Shown piece after piece: positions 11,276 through 20,791 of a stretch of 64,000 nucleotides of DNA. This DNA comes from Gammaproteobacteria bacterium (GTDB lineage: Bacteria; Pseudomonadota; Gammaproteobacteria; CAJXQU01). Location: assembly GCA_965238175.1 (NCBI GenBank), contig CBDEGZ010000003.1, positions 1,440,001 through 1,504,000 of the forward strand, read 5' to 3'. Numbering within the stretch: the stretch's first letter is position 1; each line of letters starts with the position of its first letter. A model generated the notes under the pieces. It did no database searches and was not told the DNA's origin. It worked only from the letters and a program-made list of their open reading frames with translations. The translations under genes and the position numbers were made by a program.

Positions 11276-12106
11276 TTGAACCCACATGCTTCACAATCTG
11301 TATCTCCGGTATCGTTAATATTAAACTTTTGGAGCCACCGGCAACTCATAAAGCAGATGGCCTGGAGAGAGGTAGTCGGGCGTTATAAGGGTTCAGTCAT
11401 GGGGCTATTGTGGTCATTTCTTAACCCCGTATTAATGCTGGCCGTTTATACATTTGTTTTCTCCGTTGTCTTTAAGGCAAGGTGGGGCGGTGATGGCGAT
11501 GAAAGTAAGTTGATGTTTGCGCTTCTGTTATTTGTTGGACTTACCATGCATGGGCTGTTGGCCGAGGTGCTTAATCGTGCTCCAAGCCTGATTTTGAGTA
11601 ATGTCAATTATGTCAAAAAAGTCGTTTTCCCGATAGAAATCCTACCTGTTGTTAGTTTTGTTTCGGCCTTGTTTCATACATCAATTAGTCTTGTTGTGTT
11701 ACTCATGGCGACATTTATTATCAATGGTTTTCTACATTGGACAGTTATTTTAATCCCGTTAATAATTATGCCATTGGCTATTCTTATTATTGGTTTTGCC
11801 TGGATACTAGCTTCTCTTGGTGTTTACATCAGAGATATTAATCTGACTATTGGTATTATAACGACAGTGATGTTGTTCCTCGCACCGGTTTTTTTTCCGA
11901 TCACCGCATTACCTGAAGCCTATCAGCCATACCTGTTAGCAAACCCATTGACGTTTATTATTATGCAGGCGCGTGAAGTCCTGATATGGGGCCATTTGCC
12001 TGACTGGGAAGGGTTAGCAATTTATTTTCTTATAGCGATAGTCGTGGCTTGGTCTGGTTATGTATGGTTCCAAAAAACCAGAAAAGGGTTTGCTGATGTC
12101 CTCTGA
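11276..12106 (+). CDS. wzm: Polysaccharide ABC exporter permease (Wzm)
   Basis: RYKGSVMGLLWSFLNP, NYVKKVVFP, RDI, NPL and KGFADVL motifs; about 6 TM segments. Confidence 0.93.
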   Translation: MNPHASQSVSPVSLILNFWSHRQLIKQMAWREVVGRYKGSVMGLLWSFLNPVLMLAVYTFVFSVVFKARWGGDGDESKLMFALLLFVGLTMHGLLAEVLNRAPSLILSNVNYVKKVVFPIEILPVVSFVSALFHTSISLVVLLMATFIINGFLHWTVILIPLIIMPLAILIIGFAWILASLGVYIRDINLTIGIITTVMLFLAPVFFPITALPEAYQPYLLANPLTFIIMQAREVLIWGHLPDWEGLAIYFLIAIVVAWSGYVWFQKTRKGFADVL

Positions 12107-13481
12107 AGATGTTGCAATCCGTGTTCAAAATCTTAGCAAACGCTTTCAGATCTACGATTCACCGCATGATCGGTTAAAACAATTTGTAGCACCTCGCGTA
12201 CAGAGAATGATTAGATCAACTCCAAAACAATACTTCCGAGAGTTTTGGGCACTAAAGGATATTTCATTCGATGTTCAGAAAGGCGAGACTATAGGCATTA
12301 TTGGTCGTAATGGCTCAGGTAAATCTACATTGCTACAGATCATCTGTGGTACGTTAGCGCCAACAAAAGGTAGTATAGAAACCAATGGTCGGATCGCGGC
12401 GTTACTAGAGCTAGGTTCTGGATTCAACCCTGAGTTTACGGGACGTGAAAATGTATACATGAACGCTGCTGTTCTAGGAATGCTCAAGGAAGAGGTTGAT
12501 GAATGTTATGAAGAGATTGTTGCCTTTGCCGATATTGGTCAGTTTATAGATCAGCCAGTTAAAACATACTCCAGTGGCATGATGGTTCGGCTTGCATTTG
12601 CTGTTGCTATAAATGTAAATCCTGAAATATTAATTGTAGACGAAGCCTTATCTGTGGGAGATGAACTCTTTCAACGTAAATGTTTCTCCCGTATCGAAGC
12701 TATCAAAAATAATGGAGCGACGATTTTATTTGTATCCCATTCTGGGGGGACGATTATTGAGCTGTGCGATCGTGCGGTGCTGATGGAGTCGGGTGAAAGA
12801 CTTGCAGCAGGAATTCCTAAGCAAATTGTAGGGCGTTATCAAAAGCTTCTTTATGCTCCTACGGATAAAAGTGAAGAAATTCGAGAACAAATTCGTAGGG
12901 CAGATGAATACGTTGAGGCTTCTATAAATTCTATAGAGAACATTTCAAATGGGGTGCAACCGGTCACAGAACAAACTCAAGAACTACAGGAAAGTTTTGA
13001 TCCTAGCCTTAAGCCGAGTAGTACGATTGAATATGAATCTCACGGGGCCTGTATACAGCAGCCCATGATATTGACGCTTACTGGAAAACAGGTCAATAAC
13101 CTGATTCGTGGTAGAGATTATCTCTATGGCTATAAAGTTAGATTTGATAGAGGTGCAAGCTGTGTTCAGTTTGGTATGCTAATAAAAACTGTTTCAGGAG
13201 TAGAGCTTGGGGGAGGGGTCTCGGCTATATCTCCAACTGAAAAACTACAGTATGTTAAAACAGGTACTGTTTATCATGTCGAGTTTCGTTTTCGGTGCAT
13301 GTTAAATTCAGGAATCTATTTTCTGAATGCAGGTGTTATGGGCGACATACATGAAACAGAAGGATATTTACACCGTTTGATCGATAGCGCTATGTTTAGA
13401 GTAATACCAGATGATCATTGTTATACGACTGCAATAGTAGATTTTGGCTGTTATCCAGAGATTCAGCTTGTTCAGGAATAA
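12096..13481 (+). CDS. wzt: Polysaccharide ABC exporter ATPase with C-terminal Wzt_C carbohydrate-binding domain
   Basis: GRNGSGKST, YSSGM..RLAFA, DEALSVGD, followed by an approximately 200-aa extension ending in a beta-rich domain. Start placed at MSSED. Confidence 0.93.
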   Translation: MSSEDVAIRVQNLSKRFQIYDSPHDRLKQFVAPRVQRMIRSTPKQYFREFWALKDISFDVQKGETIGIIGRNGSGKSTLLQIICGTLAPTKGSIETNGRIAALLELGSGFNPEFTGRENVYMNAAVLGMLKEEVDECYEEIVAFADIGQFIDQPVKTYSSGMMVRLAFAVAINVNPEILIVDEALSVGDELFQRKCFSRIEAIKNNGATILFVSHSGGTIIELCDRAVLMESGERLAAGIPKQIVGRYQKLLYAPTDKSEEIREQIRRADEYVEASINSIENISNGVQPVTEQTQELQESFDPSLKPSSTIEYESHGACIQQPMILTLTGKQVNNLIRGRDYLYGYKVRFDRGASCVQFGMLIKTVSGVELGGGVSAISPTEKLQYVKTGTVYHVEFRFRCMLNSGIYFLNAGVMGDIHETEGYLHRLIDSAMFRVIPDDHCYTTAIVDFGCYPEIQLVQE

Positions 13482-13482
13482 C

Positions 13483-16400
13483 ATGAAAAAATCAGATGAA
13501 ACTAAAATTAAGAGCAGACTAATTGTTGTGCTTGGTATGCATCGAAGTGGAACAAGTCTCGTTACTAAGGGATTACAGGTGATGGGGGTAATTCTTGGTG
13601 AACAGCTATTGGTAGAAGCTTCCGATAATGAAAAGGGGTTCTGGGAAGATCGTGATGTACTTGCTTTAAACTCTGAGATTTTAGGTGCTCTCTCTAAGCT
13701 TGACTGGCATAGTCTTGTACCTGCTCCAATAGATAAACTTAGCGCAAAATCACTTTCATTATATCGATCTCGGGCAATTACATTTTTGCAGGAAAAGATG
13801 AAAGGGAAGTCGATTTTTGGAATCAAAGATCCTCGTTTATGCAGGTTGTTACCATTCTGGAAAGATGTATTTGAATTTCTGGAATTAGACGTTAGTTATG
13901 TTATATCAATTCGCAATCCAATAAGTGTTGCACACTCCCTTAAGAAACGTGATGGGTTTGAGTTTGAAAAAAGCTACTACCTTTGGTTGATTCACGTTGT
14001 TTCCAGCATGGTAGAATCTATGGGTAACCCAAGGGTTATTATTGATTATGATCTACTGATGGAACAACCAGAAGAACAACTACAGCAAATAGCAAAGATA
14101 TTAAATTTATCCTTTGAAGAGTCCTATCTTGACGAATATATTAACAAGTATATCACGGATCAAATGCGGCATACTCAGTTTCATGTCGATGATCTAAGTT
14201 CAATACCCGATCTGCCAGATGAGATAATAGAGGCATATACACTCTTAAATAGGGTGGCAAAAGGTCAAATATCTATTTCTTCAAAAGACGTATATGACAC
14301 TTTTAAAAAGTTGGAGCTTCGTATAGATGCTTTGTGCCCAGTTTTTAAATATGTAGAAAAAAAAGAGATTCAAATTATTTCCTCAAATCGGGAGGTTGGT
14401 AACCGCGATACAATTATTGCTAATTTAAATCGGGAGGTTGGTAACCGCGATACAATTATTGTCGATTTAAATCAGGAGGTTGGTAACCGCGATACAATTA
14501 TTGTCGATTTAAATCAGGAGGTTGGTAACCGCGATACAATTATTGCCAGTCTTAGCGAAGTTGTAAAAGGGCGTGATGAACAAATACAATCGATGCTCAG
14601 TTCTACAAGTTGGCGCATAACTGTGCCATTACGAGACATTAAGACTTTCTTTCTTCGATGTATGTCAGTAACAAGTCTGAAAAAGAGAAAACAGAACCCC
14701 GATTCTTTTTTTAAACGTAATATTAAAAGGACACATGTTGCACTTTCTTTGCTCTCTAATTTTCGAAGTTACTCTGGCGGTATTTTACCTGCTACCTACA
14801 AGGTACTAAGAGTATTAATACGTGAAGGATGGAGCGGGTTTGTAAAAAGGGTATTAATTCTGCAGGCTCAATCTGGAGTGTCCGTCGATCAAGCTCGACT
14901 ACATGAAGCTGAAGCTTATAAAAGTTATATTACTGCTATGGAGCCGCAAGAGAAAGACCTGGAAGCAATGGCTGTATCGGCTGCAAGCTTAGCTTACCGA
15001 CCGAAGTTTTCTATAGTAGTCCCAGTTTATAACGTCGAAGCAAAGTGGTTGACCCGTTTTATAGAATCGGTTCTTTCTCAAACTTATCAGGATTGGGAAT
15101 TGTGCATTGCTGATGACCATTCTACATTACCTCATGTGAAACCCCTTCTGGAAAGTTTTGCTGCTAGAGATTGCCGCATTAATTTGGTTTTCAGAGATAC
15201 AAATGGACATATTTCTGCTGCTACTAATTCTGCGCTTGAATTTGCGACTGGGGATTTCATGTGTTTGATGGACAATGATGATGAAATAGCGCCTGATGCT
15301 TTGTATGAGTTCGCGTCATTGCTCAATCGTGATAAGTCTATAGACATGATATATAGCGATGAAGATAAAATCGATATAGATGGTAATCGTTACGAGCCCT
15401 TTTTTAAACCGGATTGGTCGCCAGAAGCCTTGGAGGGTTGCATGTATACAGCGCATTTTGCATGCTATCGGATGAGTTTAGTTCGCAAAATTGGTGGGTT
15501 TCGCAGCGAGTTCAATGGTGCTCAAGATTATGATTTTGTATTACGATTTACTGAGCATGCCAAGAGGATAGTACATGTTCCGAAGATTCTATATCACTGG
15601 CGTGCTATTCCAGGATCAACTGCAGAATCAATGAATGCGAAAGATTATGTTCTCGATTCTGCAATACGTGCATTAACAGAGCGAGCAGAACGTGTATCAG
15701 GTGGAGGTGAGGCTAAGCTGGGCAAATACAGCGGAAGTTTTGATCTCCGATATAAAATTGATGGAGCTCCTCTTGTATCTATTGTCATTCCTTCAGCTGG
15801 AAGGATGGCGAATATTGGGGGAAAGGATGTTGATTTACTGGCTCAGGTTGTCAGTTCAATCTACAAGAATACGAGCTATCGGAATTTTGAGATTATTATT
15901 GTTGATAATAACGATTTACGACCGAGTACACTAAATGCAATAAAACCATATAATTGCCATTGCATACATTTTGATGGCCAGTTTAACATTGCTACCAAAA
16001 TGAATTTAGGTGCCAGGGAAGCTTGCGGAGAATACTTGTTGTTTATGAATGATGATATTGAGATCATTGCGCAGGACTGGATGGAATGTATGTTGCAATT
16101 ATGCCAACGTGAAGGTGTTGGCGCTGTTGGTGCCAAGCTGCTTTATGAGAATAATACATTACAGCATACAGGCGTCGCCTTTTGGGATGGGTTGCCAGAT
16201 CACATTTATCGTGCATATCCAGGCCAATATCCAGGTCATTTTTTTAGTACAGTAGCAAATCGTAACTATTTAGCCGTTACTGGAGCTGTGCTTATGACAA
16301 AACGTACGCTTTTTAATACAGTAGATGGTTTTGATGAACAGTTCGCTATAAATTATAATGATATTGATTATTGTCTAAAAGTTTTTAGGAAAGGTTTTCG

Positions 16401-16635
16401 TATTGTATATGCAGCCGGAGCTGAGCTATTTCATTATGAAAGTGTTTCGCGTGAAGCTGTGGTGGCAGCAGAGGAAATTGAACTTTTCCAACAGAAATGG
16501 AAAGATACAGTGTCGTATGACCCCTACTATAGTGATTTTTTCGATAATCATCCGCCGGTATTTTCATTGTGTCAAAAATGGGAATCTTTTTCGATTTTAG
16601 ATCCAGTAAAGTCTCCCGTAATTTCTCATTGCTGA
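13483..16635 (+). CDS. Multidomain protein: sulfotransferase-like domain, coiled coil, two GT2 glycosyltransferase domains
   Basis: N-terminal VLGMHRSGTS, N.KGFWE, KDPRLC and RNP.SVA.SL; 14-aa repeats; SWRITVPLR; GT2 domains FSIVVPVYN..DNDD..YSDED and VSIVIP..FMNDD..YNDIDYC. Confidence 0.9.
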   Translation: MKKSDETKIKSRLIVVLGMHRSGTSLVTKGLQVMGVILGEQLLVEASDNEKGFWEDRDVLALNSEILGALSKLDWHSLVPAPIDKLSAKSLSLYRSRAITFLQEKMKGKSIFGIKDPRLCRLLPFWKDVFEFLELDVSYVISIRNPISVAHSLKKRDGFEFEKSYYLWLIHVVSSMVESMGNPRVIIDYDLLMEQPEEQLQQIAKILNLSFEESYLDEYINKYITDQMRHTQFHVDDLSSIPDLPDEIIEAYTLLNRVAKGQISISSKDVYDTFKKLELRIDALCPVFKYVEKKEIQIISSNREVGNRDTIIANLNREVGNRDTIIVDLNQEVGNRDTIIVDLNQEVGNRDTIIASLSEVVKGRDEQIQSMLSSTSWRITVPLRDIKTFFLRCMSVTSLKKRKQNPDSFFKRNIKRTHVALSLLSNFRSYSGGILPATYKVLRVLIREGWSGFVKRVLILQAQSGVSVDQARLHEAEAYKSYITAMEPQEKDLEAMAVSAASLAYRPKFSIVVPVYNVEAKWLTRFIESVLSQTYQDWELCIADDHSTLPHVKPLLESFAARDCRINLVFRDTNGHISAATNSALEFATGDFMCLMDNDDEIAPDALYEFASLLNRDKSIDMIYSDEDKIDIDGNRYEPFFKPDWSPEALEGCMYTAHFACYRMSLVRKIGGFRSEFNGAQDYDFVLRFTEHAKRIVHVPKILYHWRAIPGSTAESMNAKDYVLDSAIRALTERAERVSGGGEAKLGKYSGSFDLRYKIDGAPLVSIVIPSAGRMANIGGKDVDLLAQVVSSIYKNTSYRNFEIIIVDNNDLRPSTLNAIKPYNCHCIHFDGQFNIATKMNLGAREACGEYLLFMNDDIEIIAQDWMECMLQLCQREGVGAVGAKLLYENNTLQHTGVAFWDGLPDHIYRAYPGQYPGHFFSTVANRNYLAVTGAVLMTKRTLFNTVDGFDEQFAINYNDIDYCLKVFRKGFRIVYAAGAELFHYESVSREAVVAAEEIELFQQKWKDTVSYDPYYSDFFDNHPPVFSLCQKWESFSILDPVKSPVISHC
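14385..14552 (+). repeat. In-frame tandem repeat, 4 x 42 bp (unit NREVGNRDTIIANL)
   Basis: Copies start at 14385, 14427, 14469 and 14511. The core ggaggttggtaaccgcgatacaattattg is identical in all four. Confidence 0.97.
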
Positions 16636-16669
16636 TTTACGAAGTCATCAATTTTAAAGAGGCAGAGAT

Positions 16670-17014
16670 ATGAAAACGGCGTTAGAAACAGAGTTTCCTA
16701 AGAATTTCGATGCGGAATATTATTTGTCTTGCTACCCTGATGTAGAAGCTGCTGTATTGGATGGAATTTTCGAATCTGCTTCCGAGCACTGGCTCTTTGG
16801 GCATCGTGAAGGTCGGATATTCGCATCACCAACTATTTCCGAGATGCCAGAGAGAATCGGGAAATACTGCATCGGCGAAATTGGCCGAATGGTGAACGAC
16901 ATGTTTTATTTAGTTAATCAGGAGCAACGCGCTGTAAATGCCGAAGCGGGCCAACAGCTAGTCGTTCCAGAGTTAATAACCCTAGATGCCCGCTTTAAAC
17001 TTAAGAAGCCGTAA
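16670..17014 (+). CDS. Small protein with an FDxxYYLxxYPDV...H...GxxEGR motif
   Basis: SD gagg upstream. The motif is recognised as a repeat unit of glycosyltransferase-associated and surface proteins. Confidence 0.6.
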   Translation: MKTALETEFPKNFDAEYYLSCYPDVEAAVLDGIFESASEHWLFGHREGRIFASPTISEMPERIGKYCIGEIGRMVNDMFYLVNQEQRAVNAEAGQQLVVPELITLDARFKLKKP

Positions 17015-17167
17015 TCTGTTTTGGTTAAGAGATGGTTATGCGGAAGAATTTTATTCCGTTTTACCTTCGTAATTATTAACGCTGCTCACTAACAATATAA
17101 TTAAGATATTTTCTGACAAGACATTCTCATCAACCTAAAAAAAACAGCTTATAAGGCACAGTTAAAA

Positions 17168-17935
17168 ATGAAAGCAATTATATTAGCCGGGGGATTAGGC
17201 TCTCGAATCAGTGAAGAATCTCACCTTCGCCCCAAGCCTATGATTGAGATCGGGGGTAAACCGATTCTTTGGCATATCATGAAAATGTATTCTTATTATG
17301 GAATTAATGATTTTGTGGTCTGTCTTGGGTACAAGGGTTATGTAATAAAAGAATATTTCTCAAACTATTTTTTACATATGTCAGATGTAACGTTTTGCAT
17401 GGGTGAAAACAAAATGGAGATCCATCAAAAATTTGTTGAACCATGGAATATAACGCTTATTGATACTGGTGAAAGCACAATGACTGGAGGTCGCCTCAAA
17501 CGTGTAGCACCTTATATCGCAAATGAAACATTTTGTTTTACTTATGGTGATGGTGTTTCGGATATTAATATTTCAGAATTAATCGAGTTCCATAAGTCAT
17601 CAGGTCGAGATGCAACAGTGACTGCGATCCAACCTCCAGGGCGTTATGGCGCATTACATATTGATGACGGAATTGTTCGTGATTTTCAGGAAAAACCGGA
17701 AGGTGATGGCGCTTGGATAAATGGTGGTTTTTTTGTCTTGGAACCCAGTGTCTTTGATTATATTGAAGACGATGAAACTATTTGGGAGCAACAACCTCTG
17801 CAAGAGTTGGTTGTTAAGGGACAACTTTCAGCGTATAGGCATCAAGGTTTTTGGCAGGCGATGGATACCTTACGAGAGAAAAACCATCTCGAAGATCTTT
17901 GGTCGACGGGTAAAGCACCTTGGAAGAAGTGGTGA
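17168..17935 (+). CDS. rfbF: Glucose-1-phosphate cytidylyltransferase
   Basis: [45 protein letters not shown]. Confidence 0.96.
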   Translation: MKAIILAGGLGSRISEESHLRPKPMIEIGGKPILWHIMKMYSYYGINDFVVCLGYKGYVIKEYFSNYFLHMSDVTFCMGENKMEIHQKFVEPWNITLIDTGESTMTGGRLKRVAPYIANETFCFTYGDGVSDINISELIEFHKSSGRDATVTAIQPPGRYGALHIDDGIVRDFQEKPEGDGAWINGGFFVLEPSVFDYIEDDETIWEQQPLQELVVKGQLSAYRHQGFWQAMDTLREKNHLEDLWSTGKAPWKKW

Positions 17936-17937
17936 AA

Positions 17938-19014
17938 ATGTTTGGTAACGTGTATAAAAACCGTCGAGTTTTAGTGACAGGACATACAGGTTTTAAAGGA
18001 AGCTGGCTGGTTCTTTGGTTGAAATTGATGGGTGCTAAAGTATCGACAATTTCATTGCCTTCAGAGACTTCACCCAATCATTGGGATCTGTTAGATCTTG
18101 ATATCGAGTCAACTAACATCGATATCCGAGATGCAAATTTGCTTCGTCAAAAGGTTGCCGAATTTGAGCCAGAAATAGTTTTTCACTTGGCAGCACAATC
18201 ACTAGTTCGCTGTTCTTACCGAGCTCCCCTAGAGACTTGGGCAACGAATGTAATGGGTACAGCGAACCTGCTTGATGCTTGTCGGGATCTTGAAGAGTTA
18301 ACGGCTATTGTTATTGTCACCACTGACAAATGTTATGAAAATAAGGAATGGGTTTGGGGCTATCGAGAAATTGATTCTTTAGGTGGTCATGATCCGTACA
18401 GCGCCTCCAAAGGTGGTAGTGAATTGGTGGCAGCTAGTTATAGAAGTTCTTTTTTTAATGAACCTTCAAGTCCACTGCTGGCTACTGCGCGTGCAGGAAA
18501 TGTGATCGGTGGTGGTGACTGGTCAGAAGATAGACTGATACCTGATTTGGTTCGTAGCATAATGGCGGGCAAGCCATTGGAAATTCGTTCCCCAAGTTCA
18601 ACACGACCCTGGCAACATGTCCTGGAATGCCTTTCTGGATATCTTGTTTTAGGACAACAATTATTAAAACGAAATATATTTTGCGCAGATGCTTGGAATT
18701 TTGGTCCCGATCGAGAAGGAAACCGGCAAGTAGAACAAGTGCTCACCGCATTAAAAACTGATTGGCCTGCGATGGAATGGTATTGCAATGGTATACCTCA
18801 ACTACACGAAGCTCAGTTGTTGCATCTAGATAGCAGCAAGGCTCGCGATAAATTATTATGGCGGCCAGTCTGGACTTTCGAGGAAGGTGTTACAGCAACT
18901 GCAGAATGGTATCGAGCATGGATTGAAAGTAGGGATGTGATTAGCCTTAATCAATTGCAGCGGTATATTAATCTTGCTAAAGAACAAGAGATTTCCTGGG
19001 CAAAAGAGCTGTAG
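17938..19014 (+). CDS. rfbG: CDP-glucose 4,6-dehydratase
   Basis: TGHTGFKGSWL, TTDKCYEN, DPYSASK, RAGNVIGGGDW, RPWQHVLE. Confidence 0.96.
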   Translation: MFGNVYKNRRVLVTGHTGFKGSWLVLWLKLMGAKVSTISLPSETSPNHWDLLDLDIESTNIDIRDANLLRQKVAEFEPEIVFHLAAQSLVRCSYRAPLETWATNVMGTANLLDACRDLEELTAIVIVTTDKCYENKEWVWGYREIDSLGGHDPYSASKGGSELVAASYRSSFFNEPSSPLLATARAGNVIGGGDWSEDRLIPDLVRSIMAGKPLEIRSPSSTRPWQHVLECLSGYLVLGQQLLKRNIFCADAWNFGPDREGNRQVEQVLTALKTDWPAMEWYCNGIPQLHEAQLLHLDSSKARDKLLWRPVWTFEEGVTATAEWYRAWIESRDVISLNQLQRYINLAKEQEISWAKEL

Positions 19015-19016
19015 TT

Positions 19017-19568
19017 ATGAACTTTGTTGAAACAAGTATACCCGATGCGTGGGAAATCGAAAGCACCGCATTTCAGGATAATCGAGGAGCATTTTCAAGA
19101 TTGTTTTGTTCTTCAGAATCACAAGAAATTATTGGTTCAAGATCAATTGCCCAAATTAATCATTCGATGACACAGAATGTTGGTGCTGTCAGAGGATTGC
19201 ATTATCAAAATGCACCTCATGCAGAGATGAAGATAGTCCGTTGTCTCAAAGGTCGAGTTTTTGATGTGGTGGTAGATCTACGAAATAACTCACCAACATT
19301 TTTACAGTGGTACGGCGTCGAATTGTCACCCCAGAATCGTAGAGCCTTTGTTATACCAGAGGGTTGCGCTCATGGATTCCAAGTTTTAGAAGAAGAGAGC
19401 GAATTACTGTATTTACATACAGAATTTTATACGCCAAGTGCTGAAGGTGCGGTTCGATTTGATGAGCCAAGAATTAGTGTGGATTGGCCGTTATCTCCAA
19501 CAGACCTTTCAACAAGAGATCTAAGCCATTCATACTTAACTGATAAATTTGAAGGGATAATTTTATGA
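19017..19568 (+). CDS. rfbC: NDP-4-keto-6-deoxyhexose 3,5-epimerase (RmlC family)
   Basis: D.RG.F.R, RGLHYQ, DVVVDLR..SPTF, PEGCAHGFQ. Confidence 0.92.
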   Translation: MNFVETSIPDAWEIESTAFQDNRGAFSRLFCSSESQEIIGSRSIAQINHSMTQNVGAVRGLHYQNAPHAEMKIVRCLKGRVFDVVVDLRNNSPTFLQWYGVELSPQNRRAFVIPEGCAHGFQVLEEESELLYLHTEFYTPSAEGAVRFDEPRISVDWPLSPTDLSTRDLSHSYLTDKFEGIIL

Positions 19569-20791
19569 GATGTCGTCATTGTCAAACTGAGTTAGAGCAT
19601 GTTTTTCTTGATTTGGGTTATGCTTCCCCTTCAAATGCATATTTGACGAAGGATCAGTTGAATGCACCCGAGATCACTTTTCCTTTGAAGCTTTACGTTT
19701 GTGAACAGTGTTGGCTAGTGCAGACTGAAGATTATTCCGAAGCAGATGAATTGTTTTCTCAGGACTACGCGTACTTCTCTTCGATTTCTCAAGGTTGGTT
19801 ACGTCATGCAGCGAGTTATACAGAAGAAATAACTCAACGCTTGAATTTAACAAAAGAAAGTTTTGTTATTGAGGTGGCTTCAAACGATGGCTATTTATTA
19901 AAGAATTTTGTGGATGCTGGGATTCCCTGTCTAGGAGTAGAACCTACAGACAGTACTGCCGAAGCTGCAGAAAAAATTGGTGTGCCAGTATTACGACAGT
20001 TTTTTGGTTCGGAGACAGCCTCATCGTTGATTAAAGAAGGAAAAAATGCAGATCTGATCTGTGGAAATAATGTTTACGCACATGTTCCTGATGTTAATGA
20101 TTTTACAAAAGGTCTTTGTATCGCATTGAAAGAAGGAGGAACTGTTAATCTTGAGTTTCCACACTTGATGCGTCTGATTGAACAAAACCAATTTGATACG
20201 GTTTATCATGAGCACTTCTCCTACCTTTCCCTGATTTCTGTAACCAGTATTTTTTCTCAGGCTAGCTTACGAGTATATGACGTAGAAGAACTTCCCACTC
20301 ACGGTGGGAGTTTACGTATTTTCGGATGTCATGAAAGTGACACAAGACCAACCGAGCACACTGTTCAAAACATGTTGGAACAAGAGAAGGAGTTTGGTTT
20401 GCAAAATCTTCAGGTCTATAGAAACTTCCAGCAAAAAGCGGATAAGGTTAAAAATGATTTTCTGACTTTTCTTCTTGAGCAAAAGCGTACGGGTAAAACC
20501 ATTGCGGCTTATGGCGCAGCAGCGAAGGGTAATACGTTGATGAACTATGCTGGTATAAAGCATGATTTGATCGATTTTGTTTGTGATGCGGCAGCATCAA
20601 AACAGGGCAAGTTTATGCCCGGTAGCCATATTCCTATTTTGATTCCAGAAGATCTCACAAAGTACAAACCTGACTGGGTTTTTATTTTACCCTGGAATAT
20701 TGCGGATGAAGTGATGTTGCAACAAAAACAAGTACTTTCCTGGGGTGGGAAATTTGTTATTGCAGTACCTGAATTAAAGGTTCTTGCATGA
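19565..20791 (+). CDS. NDP-hexose C-methyltransferase (Zn-binding, SAM-dependent)
   Basis: CRHC...CEQCWLVQ zinc motif, EVASNDGYLL, YHEHFSY, THGGSLR, YGAAAKGNT. Confidence 0.9.
   Translation: MRCRHCQTELEHVFLDLGYASPSNAYLTKDQLNAPEITFPLKLYVCEQCWLVQTEDYSEADELFSQDYAYFSSISQGWLRHAASYTEEITQRLNLTKESFVIEVASNDGYLLKNFVDAGIPCLGVEPTDSTAEAAEKIGVPVLRQFFGSETASSLIKEGKNADLICGNNVYAHVPDVNDFTKGLCIALKEGGTVNLEFPHLMRLIEQNQFDTVYHEHFSYLSLISVTSIFSQASLRVYDVEELPTHGGSLRIFGCHESDTRPTEHTVQNMLEQEKEFGLQNLQVYRNFQQKADKVKNDFLTFLLEQKRTGKTIAAYGAAAKGNTLMNYAGIKHDLIDFVCDAAASKQGKFMPGSHIPILIPEDLTKYKPDWVFILPWNIADEVMLQQKQVLSWGGKFVIAVPELKVLA

Noticed and set aside
11252-11278. ops/JUMPstart element before wzm
   Set aside because: Only GGTAGCG matches; the GGC prefix and the JUMPstart hairpin are missing.
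14385-14552. CRISPR array
   Set aside because: The units are head-to-tail with no unique spacers, lie in frame within a CDS, and no cas genes are present.
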